Below are positions 8,273 to 17,112 of a DNA stretch of 64,000 nt, piece by piece (position 1 is the stretch's first letter; the number at the start of each line of letters is the position of its first letter). The translations under genes and the position numbers were made by a program. Location: positions 20,826-84,825 of the forward strand of contig JBDRPD010000053.1 of assembly GCA_043827405.1 (NCBI GenBank). The letters run 5' to 3'. The notes beneath the pieces are model-generated. The model worked only from the letters and a program-made list of their open reading frames with translations, was not told the origin of the DNA and searched no databases. The stretch is from Elusimicrobiota bacterium (GTDB taxonomy: Bacteria > Elusimicrobiota > Elusimicrobia > UBA1565).

Positions 8273-8635
8273 ATGAGCGTATTTGAAACCGGCTGCTGCG
8301 GCGCGGACTTCCGCAGCGAGCGCGTAACCTTCACCGGGCTGTGGACGCTGTCGGTGCCCCTGATCTACTTGACGGCGCCGGCGTCCGCCCTGGGCCCGCT
8401 CCTCGGCCGCGGCCGGACGCGCCGCTTCATCGACATCCTGCTGCGGGCGAATATGGACCTGATCCGGAGAGCGACGCTCATCCCCGGCCTGCGCTGCGCG
8501 CTGGCGGGAGCGCTTTACCCGCTGTCGCCGCGGCTTTCCGGCTTCGCCTACAAGCACTTCAACTTCACTTTACTCTCTTTGCTGTGGGCCGTCGTCCTGG
8601 CCGTCATTTTCCTCCTGGCGCGGCCGCGCGGATGA
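8273..8635 (+). CDS. Hypothetical membrane protein (120 aa), translationally coupled to the cysteine desulfurase
   Basis: Hydrophobic N-terminal and C-terminal segments (LWTLSVPLIYLTAPASALGPLL; LLSLLWAVVLAVIFLLA). The stop TGA overlaps the ATG of the next gene (gATGA at 8631-8635). Confidence 0.4.
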   Translation: MSVFETGCCGADFRSERVTFTGLWTLSVPLIYLTAPASALGPLLGRGRTRRFIDILLRANMDLIRRATLIPGLRCALAGALYPLSPRLSGFAYKHFNFTLLSLLWAVVLAVIFLLARPRG

Positions 8636-9846
8636 GCGCCGCGGACAGCGAACGCCTGCGCGCCGATTTCCCCTCGCTGCAGGCCGCCGGCGGAAAGCGC
8701 CCCGTCTATTTCGACAACGCCTGCACCACGCTGCGGCCGCTGCAGGTCGTCGAGGAGATGAACGAGTACTACCTGCGCCATCCCTCCTGCCACAAGCGTT
8801 CGGTGCACGCCTTCGGCCGGATGACCGACGAGAAGTTCGAGGCCGCGCGCGAAGCCGCGCGCGCCTTCATCAACGCGGAGCATGCCTCCGAGATCATATT
8901 CACCCGCAACACGACCGAGGGGATCAACCTGATCGCCGGCTCCTACCCGTTCAAGGAAGGCGACACGGTGGTGACCACCGATCTCGAACACAATTCCAAC
9001 CTGATCCCGTGGCGCGCGCTGGGGGAACGCAAGGGCGTCCGGCTCACGACGGTGCCGGTGGGACCGGACGGGAATTTCGACCTGGACGCATTGCGCGCCG
9101 CGCTGCGCGGCGGCGTCAAGCTGGTCAGCGTGTTTTCGCATTCCCACGTCCTGGGAATCGCCGCGCCGCTGGCCGAGATCGCGCGCCTGACGCACGCGGC
9201 CGGCGGCAAGCTGCTGGTGGACGCGGCGCAGACGCCGCTGCATGAAAAGCTGGACGTGCGCGCGCTCGCCGCCGATTTCCTCGTTCTCTCCTTCCACAAG
9301 ATGCTCGGGCCGTCGGGGATGGGCCTGCTTTACGGCCGGCGCGCGCTGCTGGAAGAGCTGCCGCAGTTTTTGACCGGCGGCGAGACCGTCGAGGACGTCG
9401 ACGACCGCGGCTATGTCCCCGCCGCGGTGCCGCACCGCTTCGAAGCCGGGCTGCAGAACTACGCCGGCGCCATGGGCGCGCACGCCGCGATCCGCTACCT
9501 CGACCGCGTCGGCTTTTGCCGCCGGGAGCACGAGATCGAGCTCAACGAAATCATCACCGAAGGCCTCGCCGGCCTGGACCGCTTCCGCCTGCTCGGCCCC
9601 CGCGACCCGCGGCGGCGCGGCTCGATCGTCAACTTTTACCTCGACGGCATGGATTCCGGCGAGCTGTCGATCCTCCTCGACAAGACCGAGAGCATAATGA
9701 CGCGCAGCGGCGTCCACTGCTGCCATGCCTGGTACCGCAAGTACCGCCTGCCGCCGACGCTGCGCGCCTCGCTGGCGTTCTACAATACGCGGGAAGAGGC
9801 GGAGCTCTTCGTCCGCACCCTGAAGAACGTCAGCGACTATTTCTGA
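8632..9846 (+). CDS. Cysteine desulfurase, class V aminotransferase (SufS/NifS/CsdA-like)
   Basis: Starts at the internal Met MSAADSERLRADFPSLQ... of ORF 8341..9846. FDNACTT near the N-terminus, a FSFHKMLGP motif (PLP-lysine region) and a C-terminal RSGVHCCHAW motif (catalytic Cys loop) are typical of SufS-type desulfurases. Confidence 0.8.
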   Translation: MSAADSERLRADFPSLQAAGGKRPVYFDNACTTLRPLQVVEEMNEYYLRHPSCHKRSVHAFGRMTDEKFEAAREAARAFINAEHASEIIFTRNTTEGINLIAGSYPFKEGDTVVTTDLEHNSNLIPWRALGERKGVRLTTVPVGPDGNFDLDALRAALRGGVKLVSVFSHSHVLGIAAPLAEIARLTHAAGGKLLVDAAQTPLHEKLDVRALAADFLVLSFHKMLGPSGMGLLYGRRALLEELPQFLTGGETVEDVDDRGYVPAAVPHRFEAGLQNYAGAMGAHAAIRYLDRVGFCRREHEIELNEIITEGLAGLDRFRLLGPRDPRRRGSIVNFYLDGMDSGELSILLDKTESIMTRSGVHCCHAWYRKYRLPPTLRASLAFYNTREEAELFVRTLKNVSDYF

Positions 9847-11033
9847 TTGCGCAGCAGGCGCGCGAGCTCGTCGGCGATGACCCGATGGCCGGCGGCGTTG
9901 GGATGGATGGTGTCGGAGTTCCGATCGACGAAAAGGTACTCGTCCGGGTGCCGGCCGAACGCCGCCGCCGCGTCCGCCAGCGGCACGCCGAGCTCGCGGC
10001 CGAGCTCTTCCATGGCCGCGTTGTAGCGGACGGCGTCGCGGGCGCAGCGGCGCGACTCCGCTTCCTTGACCCGGCGAAAATGCTCGGCGGCGTCCTTGCT
10101 CCGCCCCAGCCTGCGCGCGCACTCGCCCAGGTAGTAGTGCGCCCGGCCGAGATGAGGATCGGCTTCCAGAGCCTGGCGGAAGGCTTCGGCGGCGGCGCGG
10201 CAGTCGCCCTTGTCCATGAGCGTACGCCCCGCCCGCAGGCTGCCGCGGGCGAACTCCGGATCGGCGGGATCTTTTCCCCGCGGCAGGTTCACCGGCATCT
10301 TGACGAAGACCGGCTCGGCGCCGCGCTCGCGGACCAGTTCGACCAGGCGCTTGAGGTTGGCGCGATAATCTTCCAGCGATACGCGCACCTCGCCGGGGCA
10401 AGCCGTCTTTGCGCCGCGCCGCAGCAGCCGCCGCAATAGCCGATACAAGGCCAGCCGCGACACCGCGCCGCGCGCCGCCGTCAGCGCCCCCGGCGCCGGC
10501 CGCAGCGCCTTATCCGGCCCGCCGCCGCTGCGAAAGAAGCGGTAGGAGTCGACGTCGTTGATGACGTAGGCGATAGTGACGATGTCCGGGCGCAGCCGGT
10601 CCCAGTAGCGCTTGAGAAAGCCGAGCCCTTGGTGGGTCGAGTAGCCGATGATCCCGCCGTTGACGACCTCGGCCGCCAGCAGCTCCCGCAGAAGGGCCGC
10701 GTACGTCGCGTCCGCGGGCACGCCCCAGCCGAAAGTCGGCGAGGCGCCCAAGGCCAGGACACGCACCCGGCCGGACCCGCGCGGCGCCGCGGCCAGCCGC
10801 AGCCCCAGGTCGTCGGTGGCCACCGCGGTGCCGAAGAAGTCCGCGCGCAGGCGGGGCTTCTGCGTCCACAGCAGCTCGGAATCCGGCCGCAGCAGCGCCA
10901 GGATATTGTCCAGCCGCGTCGCGGGGACGACGCAGCGCAGCCCCAGCTCCGCCGCGGCGAGCGCCAGCACGCCGACGAGACAGGCGGCGAGGCGGAGGAT
11001 GTACGGACCGGCAACTGGGGGTTTGCGCGGCAT
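9837..11033 (-). CDS. SGNH/GDSL-family hydrolase with N-terminal membrane anchor and embedded TPR-like repeat
   Basis: 398 aa. N-terminal TM (YILRLAACLVGVLALAAA). The block VLALGASPTFGWG is in SGNH block-I position. A TPR-like stretch (AAEAFRQALEADPHLGRAHYYLGECARRLGRSKDAAEHF). C-terminal DTIHPNAAGHRVIA (DxxH catalytic dyad). Divergent from the CCP array. Confidence 0.6.
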   Translation of the reverse strand: MPRKPPVAGPYILRLAACLVGVLALAAAELGLRCVVPATRLDNILALLRPDSELLWTQKPRLRADFFGTAVATDDLGLRLAAAPRGSGRVRVLALGASPTFGWGVPADATYAALLRELLAAEVVNGGIIGYSTHQGLGFLKRYWDRLRPDIVTIAYVINDVDSYRFFRSGGGPDKALRPAPGALTAARGAVSRLALYRLLRRLLRRGAKTACPGEVRVSLEDYRANLKRLVELVRERGAEPVFVKMPVNLPRGKDPADPEFARGSLRAGRTLMDKGDCRAAAEAFRQALEADPHLGRAHYYLGECARRLGRSKDAAEHFRRVKEAESRRCARDAVRYNAAMEELGRELGVPLADAAAAFGRHPDEYLFVDRNSDTIHPNAAGHRVIADELARLLRNQK

Positions 11034-11092
11034 GATCGTCCTATTATACCCTTTAGTGTTCTATCCTCAGAACGCCGCACCTATTAGGGAAA

Positions 11093-14000
11093 ATGTTACA
11101 CAAGCGACTACTGCCGGCGCTTATTATCGCCCTGTTGATGCCCGGCCGGACGCCCGCGGCGTCCGCCGAACCGCAGCCCGCGGTGTGGCGCGGACATGCC
11201 GGCGGGGTGACTGCGGCGGTCTTCTCGCCCGACGGCGAAACCGTGCTGTCGGTCGGCAGCGACGACGCGCTCAAGCTGTGGGATGTGCGCACCGGTACGG
11301 TGCGCGCGAGCTGGGACGAGAGCGCGCTGGAGGTGGACGCCCTCGCCTTCACGCCGGACGGCAAGACGATCCTCGCGGCGGGAAGAGATCACTCCCTGCT
11401 GCTGCTCGACGCGGCGACCGGCGCCGAGCGCGCCGCGCTGCGCGGACACTACGGGGCGATCCGCGCCATCGCCCTGTCTCCCGACGGACAAACCGCGGCG
11501 ACGGCATCCTTCTACGGAGCGATCAAGCTCTGGGACCTGCGGACCAAAAGCGAGCTCGCGACCCTGCACCATGGCCCCGATGCCGGCGCGGTCTGTCTCG
11601 CCTTCTCGCCGGACGGGCGGCGCCTGGTCTCCGGCATGTGGCATAAGGTGCTCTGGGTATGGGACGTCGGCCGGCGCGAACGGATCGCGGTGCTCAAGGG
11701 GCATACCGGCCGCGTGCTGTCCGTCGCCTTCTCGCCGGACGGGAAAAAGCTCCTTTCCGGCGGCCGCGACACCACGCTCCGGCTGTGGGACGCGGACAGC
11801 GGCGCGGCGCTCGGAGTGTGGCGGGGACATACCAGCCATGTCAATTCCGTCGCCTTCTCGCCCGACGGCCGCACCGCGCTTTCGGGCGGCTCCGACTATA
11901 CGCTCAGGAAATGGGACACGGCGACGGGCCGGACGCTCGCCGTATGGCGCGGGCATCAGGGCGACGTGCGCAGCGTCGCCTTCTCCCCGGACGGCGCGCT
12001 CGCCGTCTCGACGAGCGAGGACCGCACGCTCTGGGTGTGGAAAACGGACGGCGCCGCGGGAGCGGCCGCGCCCTCAACGCCGGGCTTCACGCCCGTCCCG
12101 CCGGCGGGCGAAAATCCGGAAGCCTGGCTGGGCCGCCTGCTCTTTTTCGACCGCCGGCTTTCCGGCAACTCGAGCCTTTCCTGCGCCTCCTGCCATGACC
12201 CGCGGCGGGCCTTCACGGACGAGCAGGCGCTTTCCGACGGCTATCCCGATACGCTGTATTTCCGCAACACCCCCACGCTCATCAATGCCGCGAAGCAAAA
12301 GCACCTGTACTGGGACGGCCGCTTCCCCGGCGACGATATGCCGTCCCTCATCCGGGACCATATCTCGGAAGCGCACTTCATGAACGCCGACGGCCGGCTG
12401 CTCGTCGAGAAGCTCCGCCAGGCCCCCGGCTACGTTCAGCTGTTCCAGCAGGTCTACGGGGCGGAGCCCTCATACGGCAAGCTCCTCGAAGCGCTCACCG
12501 CCTTTGTCCGCACGCTCAACTCCGCCGCCGCCCCGTATGACCGGGACGCGCTGACGCCCGCCGCCCGCCGGGGCCTGGCGCTCTTCACCGGCGACGCCGG
12601 CTGCGCGCGCTGCCACCCCCCGCCCCGGTTTACCGATGGGATGCTGCACCGCCGCGGAGTTCCGGAAAACAGCGCCGTCTTCGCCCAGCCGCGCCGCCAC
12701 ATCTCGTTTCGACGCTTTTTCAAAATGCTCGGGGTCGACGACTACCCGGCGCTGCGCGCCGACCCCGGCCTCTATGCCGTCACCAAGCGCGCCGCGGACC
12801 GGGGCCGGTTCAAAACGCCGTCGCTGCGCGAGAGCGCGCGGACCGCGCCCTATATGCACAACGGCGTGTTTGCGACCCTCGCCGCGGCGGTCCGGCACGA
12901 GGATCCGCGCCTCAGCGACGGCCAGGTCGGAGATATCGTCGCCTTCCTCGAATCCCTTTCCAGCGCGACGCCGGCCTATGCGCCGCCCCTGCTGCCGGAA
13001 TTCGGCTTAAGAGATAAACGCCCCGCGGTTCCGGCGCCGGAGGCTCCCGCCCGCGCCGCGGCGGCGGCGCACGAGTTTCCCCCCTTGGCGCCGCTTCCCC
13101 CGGTCCCCGTACCCGAGGATAATCCGCTGACGCCGGAAAAGATCGCACTGGGCGGCATGCTGTTTCATGATTTTCGCATCGCGGGCGACGGCGAGACCTA
13201 CTGCATGGCCTGCCATGAGCCCGCCATGGGCTGGGGCGACAGCAACGACGTGTCGCAGGGACATGCGGGCTCCCTGGACTGGCGCAACACCCAGACCTTG
13301 CTTAACGCCGCCTACTATTCGAAGCTTAACTGGGACGGCGCCAAGATCAGCCTTGAGGAGCAGGCCCGCAGCGCCATCACCTCGAACCTCTCCGGCAACG
13401 GCGACATGGTCATGATCGAGGAGCGTCTGGCCCAGGTGCCGGAATTTGTCGAGCACTTCAAGCGGGCTTTCGGCATCGAGCGCCCGAACTTTGAGAGCGT
13501 GCTCAAGGCGCTGGCCTCCTTCATTCGCGCCGTTCCGCTGTCGCGCGGCGTACCCTTCGACGCCTACATGAAAGGCGATACCTCGGCGCTGTCCGCCGCC
13601 GCGGTGCGCGGCCGGCGGCTTTTCGCGGGCAAGGCCGGCTGCATCCAGTGCCACAACGGCGCCCTGGTCTCCGATCAGGACTTCCACGCGACCGGCGTCC
13701 CGGGAAATCCCGCCTTCGACCATATCGCGCTGCGCTTCCAGCATGCCATCCACGGGGTTCCGGAAGCGGTTTACCGCGACGCCGATGCCGATAGCGGACT
13801 ATACCTCGTTACCCAGCGCGCGGAGGACGCCGGCAAGTTCCGCACCCCGAGCCTGCGCGAGCTCAAGGTCACGGCGCCCTATATGCACAACGGCGTATTC
13901 GCGACGCTGGAGGAGGTCATCGAGTTCTACGATCAAGGCGGCGGCGCGACGCCCAACAAGAGCCCCCGCCTTAAGCCGCTCAAGCTCGCGCCGCAAGAGA

Positions 14001-14119
14001 AACAGGATCTGCTGGCCTTTCTGGAATCGCTCAGCGGAACGGAGACGCCGGCCGAGTACGCGATAGCGCCGGAGCCCGACTACATCACTTTCGACGGCCG
14101 CGGCCGCAGGGTCAAATGA
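11093..14119 (+). CDS. WD40 beta-propeller / tandem di-heme cytochrome c peroxidase (CcpA/MauG-like) fusion protein, paralog 1 of 10
   Basis: 1008 aa. Signal peptide MLHKRLLPALIIALLMPGRTPAASA. Seven WD40 repeats (GHxxxVxxVAFSPDG...LWD). CCP module 1: CASCH ... LYWDGRF ... HISEAHFMNADGRL ... CARCH ... PYMHNG. Pro/Ala-rich linker (PLAPLPPVPVPEDNPLTPEKI). CCP module 2: CMACHEPAMGWGD ... CIQCHNGALVSDQDFHATGVP ... PYMHNG. Confidence 0.9.
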   Translation: MLHKRLLPALIIALLMPGRTPAASAEPQPAVWRGHAGGVTAAVFSPDGETVLSVGSDDALKLWDVRTGTVRASWDESALEVDALAFTPDGKTILAAGRDHSLLLLDAATGAERAALRGHYGAIRAIALSPDGQTAATASFYGAIKLWDLRTKSELATLHHGPDAGAVCLAFSPDGRRLVSGMWHKVLWVWDVGRRERIAVLKGHTGRVLSVAFSPDGKKLLSGGRDTTLRLWDADSGAALGVWRGHTSHVNSVAFSPDGRTALSGGSDYTLRKWDTATGRTLAVWRGHQGDVRSVAFSPDGALAVSTSEDRTLWVWKTDGAAGAAAPSTPGFTPVPPAGENPEAWLGRLLFFDRRLSGNSSLSCASCHDPRRAFTDEQALSDGYPDTLYFRNTPTLINAAKQKHLYWDGRFPGDDMPSLIRDHISEAHFMNADGRLLVEKLRQAPGYVQLFQQVYGAEPSYGKLLEALTAFVRTLNSAAAPYDRDALTPAARRGLALFTGDAGCARCHPPPRFTDGMLHRRGVPENSAVFAQPRRHISFRRFFKMLGVDDYPALRADPGLYAVTKRAADRGRFKTPSLRESARTAPYMHNGVFATLAAAVRHEDPRLSDGQVGDIVAFLESLSSATPAYAPPLLPEFGLRDKRPAVPAPEAPARAAAAAHEFPPLAPLPPVPVPEDNPLTPEKIALGGMLFHDFRIAGDGETYCMACHEPAMGWGDSNDVSQGHAGSLDWRNTQTLLNAAYYSKLNWDGAKISLEEQARSAITSNLSGNGDMVMIEERLAQVPEFVEHFKRAFGIERPNFESVLKALASFIRAVPLSRGVPFDAYMKGDTSALSAAAVRGRRLFAGKAGCIQCHNGALVSDQDFHATGVPGNPAFDHIALRFQHAIHGVPEAVYRDADADSGLYLVTQRAEDAGKFRTPSLRELKVTAPYMHNGVFATLEEVIEFYDQGGGATPNKSPRLKPLKLAPQEKQDLLAFLESLSGTETPAEYAIAPEPDYITFDGRGRRVK

Positions 14120-17112
14120 AGCTGAGCTATATCCTCGCGTTGGTCCTGACCGCGGCCGCGACCGCCGAAGAGGCGCCGCCCGGCATGGTCCTGCGCGGAC
14201 ACACCGATGACGTCAGCGCCGCGGTGTTCACCCCGGACGGCGCCGCCATCCTCTCGGTCGGCGGCGACGACACTTTGCGCCTGTGGGACGCCGCGACCGG
14301 AGCGTCCCGCGCCGTTTGGAAAGCGCCGGAAGGCGAAGCGGATGATCTGGCCATAACACCGGACGGCCGCACCGCGCTCTTGGCCGGAGCGGACGGCGCC
14401 CTGGTCCTCTGGGACCTGACGGCCGGGCGCCGCCTCGCCGCGCTCACCGGCCATAAGGAGCATATCCGCTCGATCGCGCTGTCGCCCGACGGGAGGCATG
14501 CCGCCACCACGTCGTTCGCCGGCGACCTCATCCTGTGGGACATCACGGCGCGCAAGCTGCTCGCGGTCCTGCATCCCGGACCGGGCGCGGGCGCCGTCTC
14601 CGCCGCTTTCTCCCCGGACGGCCGGAAGCTGGTCACCGGGATGTGGCATAAGGTGATCTGGGTATGGGACGTCGCCCGACGCGCCCGCATCGCGGAGTGG
14701 CCGGGGCATCAGGCCCGCGTCCTCGCCGTCGCCTTCTCGCCGGACGGCTCACGGGTCCTTTCGAGCGGCCGCGACAATACCGTCCGGCTATGGGACGCGG
14801 AGAGCGGACAGCAGCTGGGAGCCTGGAAGGGACATGCCGGCAGCGTCAACGACGTAACCTTTTCACCGGACGGGAACCGGGCGCTGTCGGCGGGGGCCGA
14901 CGGTACGCTGCGGCTGTGGGACGCGGCGACGGGACGCGAACTCGCCGTCTGGCGGGGCCACCAGGCTCCCGTGCTGGAAGCGGCCTTCTCGCCGGACGGC
15001 AAGCGCGCGGTCTCGGCGAGCGAGGACGGAACGGTGCGTTTATGGGGCGACGCGCAAAGCCCTGAGCGCAGCGCGGGCGAGTACGCCGCGCCCGACGATG
15101 AAGCCGGCTTGGGCCGCCTGCTCTTCTTCGACCGCCGGCTGTCCGGAAACTCCGGCATCAGCTGCGCCACATGCCATATCCCTGAACAAGCCTACAGCGA
15201 CGGGCTGGCGCTGTCGGCGGGCTATCCCGATACCCGCTATTTCCGCAATACGCCGACCTTGCTCAATATCGCGGGGCAGAAGAATCTGTACTGGGACGGA
15301 CGGTTTTCATCCGCTGATCTGCCGTCGCTGATGCGCGATCACATCTCGGAAGCGCACTTCATGAACGCCGACGGCCGCCTGATCGTCGAAAAGCTGCGCC
15401 AAGCGCCCGGCTACGTGCGGGCCTTCCAGAAGGTCTACGGGAGCGAACCGTCCTACTCCCGCCTGCTCGACGCCCTTGGCGCCTATGTCCGCTCGCTGCA
15501 ATCCGCGCCGGCGCGCTATGACCTCTACCTGCGCGGCGACCCGACCGCCTTGCCGGCGGCGGCGCGCCGCGGCCTGGCGCTGTTCACCGGCGAAGCCGGC
15601 TGCGCGCGCTGCCACCGCGGGCCGCTGCTGACCGACGACAGCCTGCATGCCCGGCAGGTGCCGGAGAATCCGGAGATACTCAAGGATCCTCTGCGCAGCA
15701 TCACCTTCCGGCGCTTTTTCAAGCTGCTCGGGGTGGAAAACTACCAGCAGCTTAAACAGGACGTCGGGCTCTACGCCGTCAGCAAGCAGCCGCGCGACCG
15801 CGGGCGGTTCAAAACCCCGTCCCTGCGCGAGGTCGCGCGCACCGCGCCGTACATGCACAACGGCATATGCGAAACGCTCGACGAGGCGGTCGCCTTCGAG
15901 AACCCGAACCTGAGCAAGCGCCAGCGGCGCGACATCGTCGCCTTCCTCGAGACGCTCTCCAGCGAGACGCCGCCGGCGGCGGCGCCCTCTTTGCCGGAGT
16001 ATGCGCTGCTGAAGCTCGCCCGCGAAAGGCCGGCGGCGCGGCCGCAGCCGGCCGGCGGCGCGAAGCAGGCTCCGCCGCTCGCTCCTCTGCCGCCGGTACC
16101 GGTCCCCGAAGACAACCCCCTGACGCCGGTCAAAATAGAACTCGGCATCCGTCTGTTTCATGACCCGCGCCTGTCCGGAGACGGCCATACCCGCTGCATC
16201 ACCTGCCATGAGCCCGCGATGGGCTGGGGCGACGGCAGCGCGCTCGCCCAGGGACACCCGGGAACGCTGCATTGGCGCAATGCCCAGACCCTGCTCAACG
16301 CCGCCTACCATACCCGCCTGGAATGGGACGGCGCGTGGCCCAGCCTGGAGGAGCAGGCCCGTCACGCCATCACCTCCAACCTCAACGGCAACGGCGATCC
16401 GGTCATGATCGAGGAGCGCTTGGCGCAGTCCCCGGGCTATGTCGAGCTGTTCCGCCGGGCCTTCGGCGTCGAGCGCCCGAACTTCGAAGGCGTGCTCAAA
16501 GCGCTGGCGTCATTTTTCCGCGGCGTCCTGGTATCCAAGAACGTCCCGTTCGACAACTACGCCCGCGGCGACGCGGCGGCGCTCGACGCGGCCGCCCGGC
16601 GGGGACTGACGCTGTTTCAAGGCAAGGCCGGCTGCCTGCGCTGCCATAACGGCCCGCTGGTTTCCGACGGCGAGTTTCACGCCACCGGGGTGCCGCGCAG
16701 CGCCGCGTTCGACGAGGTTCCGCTGCGCCAGGTCGCCCTGCGCTATCAGCACGCGGTCCGCGGCGCCCCCGAAGAGATGTACCGCGCCGCGGGCTCCGAT
16801 CCCGGCCTGTATTTTATGACCCGGCGCGAGCTGGACATCGGCAAGTTCCGCACCCCGAGCCTGCGCGAGCTGAAATACACCGCGCCCTATATGCACAACG
16901 GCGTTTTCAACTCGCTCGCGGAAGTCGTCGACTTCTACGACCGGGGCGGCGGCGAGGCGGCAAACAAAACGCCGCTGCTGCGGCCGCTGAGCCTGACGCC
17001 GGGCGAGAAGCGCGACCTCATCGCCTTCCTCGAATCCTTGAGCGGCGACGAGATCGCGGTCGGCTACCCCATCACTCTGGGACCCTACTACGCGCCCGCG
17101 GAGGAACCGTGA
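14116..17112 (+). CDS. WD40 / tandem di-heme cytochrome c peroxidase fusion protein, paralog 2
   Basis: 998 aa. ATGA overlap with paralog 1. Signal peptide, 7 WD40 repeats. CATCH, CARCH, CITCH, CLRCH heme motifs and 2x PYMHNG. Same linker motif APLPPVPVPEDNPLTP. Confidence 0.9.
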   Translation: MKLSYILALVLTAAATAEEAPPGMVLRGHTDDVSAAVFTPDGAAILSVGGDDTLRLWDAATGASRAVWKAPEGEADDLAITPDGRTALLAGADGALVLWDLTAGRRLAALTGHKEHIRSIALSPDGRHAATTSFAGDLILWDITARKLLAVLHPGPGAGAVSAAFSPDGRKLVTGMWHKVIWVWDVARRARIAEWPGHQARVLAVAFSPDGSRVLSSGRDNTVRLWDAESGQQLGAWKGHAGSVNDVTFSPDGNRALSAGADGTLRLWDAATGRELAVWRGHQAPVLEAAFSPDGKRAVSASEDGTVRLWGDAQSPERSAGEYAAPDDEAGLGRLLFFDRRLSGNSGISCATCHIPEQAYSDGLALSAGYPDTRYFRNTPTLLNIAGQKNLYWDGRFSSADLPSLMRDHISEAHFMNADGRLIVEKLRQAPGYVRAFQKVYGSEPSYSRLLDALGAYVRSLQSAPARYDLYLRGDPTALPAAARRGLALFTGEAGCARCHRGPLLTDDSLHARQVPENPEILKDPLRSITFRRFFKLLGVENYQQLKQDVGLYAVSKQPRDRGRFKTPSLREVARTAPYMHNGICETLDEAVAFENPNLSKRQRRDIVAFLETLSSETPPAAAPSLPEYALLKLARERPAARPQPAGGAKQAPPLAPLPPVPVPEDNPLTPVKIELGIRLFHDPRLSGDGHTRCITCHEPAMGWGDGSALAQGHPGTLHWRNAQTLLNAAYHTRLEWDGAWPSLEEQARHAITSNLNGNGDPVMIEERLAQSPGYVELFRRAFGVERPNFEGVLKALASFFRGVLVSKNVPFDNYARGDAAALDAAARRGLTLFQGKAGCLRCHNGPLVSDGEFHATGVPRSAAFDEVPLRQVALRYQHAVRGAPEEMYRAAGSDPGLYFMTRRELDIGKFRTPSLRELKYTAPYMHNGVFNSLAEVVDFYDRGGGEAANKTPLLRPLSLTPGEKRDLIAFLESLSGDEIAVGYPITLGPYYAPAEEP

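Noticed and set aside
8548-10401. 617-aa minus-strand ORF spanning the cysteine desulfurase and SGNH-TPR genes
   Set aside because: It is antisense to a well-supported SufS-like gene, and its sequence is extremely Arg/Gly/Ala-rich, so it is a GC artefact. The SGNH-TPR gene is instead the 9837-11033 frame.
10481-11646. ORFs 10481-11080 (-), 10629-11087 (+) and 10648-11646 (+) overlapping the SGNH-TPR gene and paralog 1
   Set aside because: They are alternate frames of GC-rich coding DNA. The SGNH (GDSL/TPR/DxxH) and WD40 frames carry the motif evidence.
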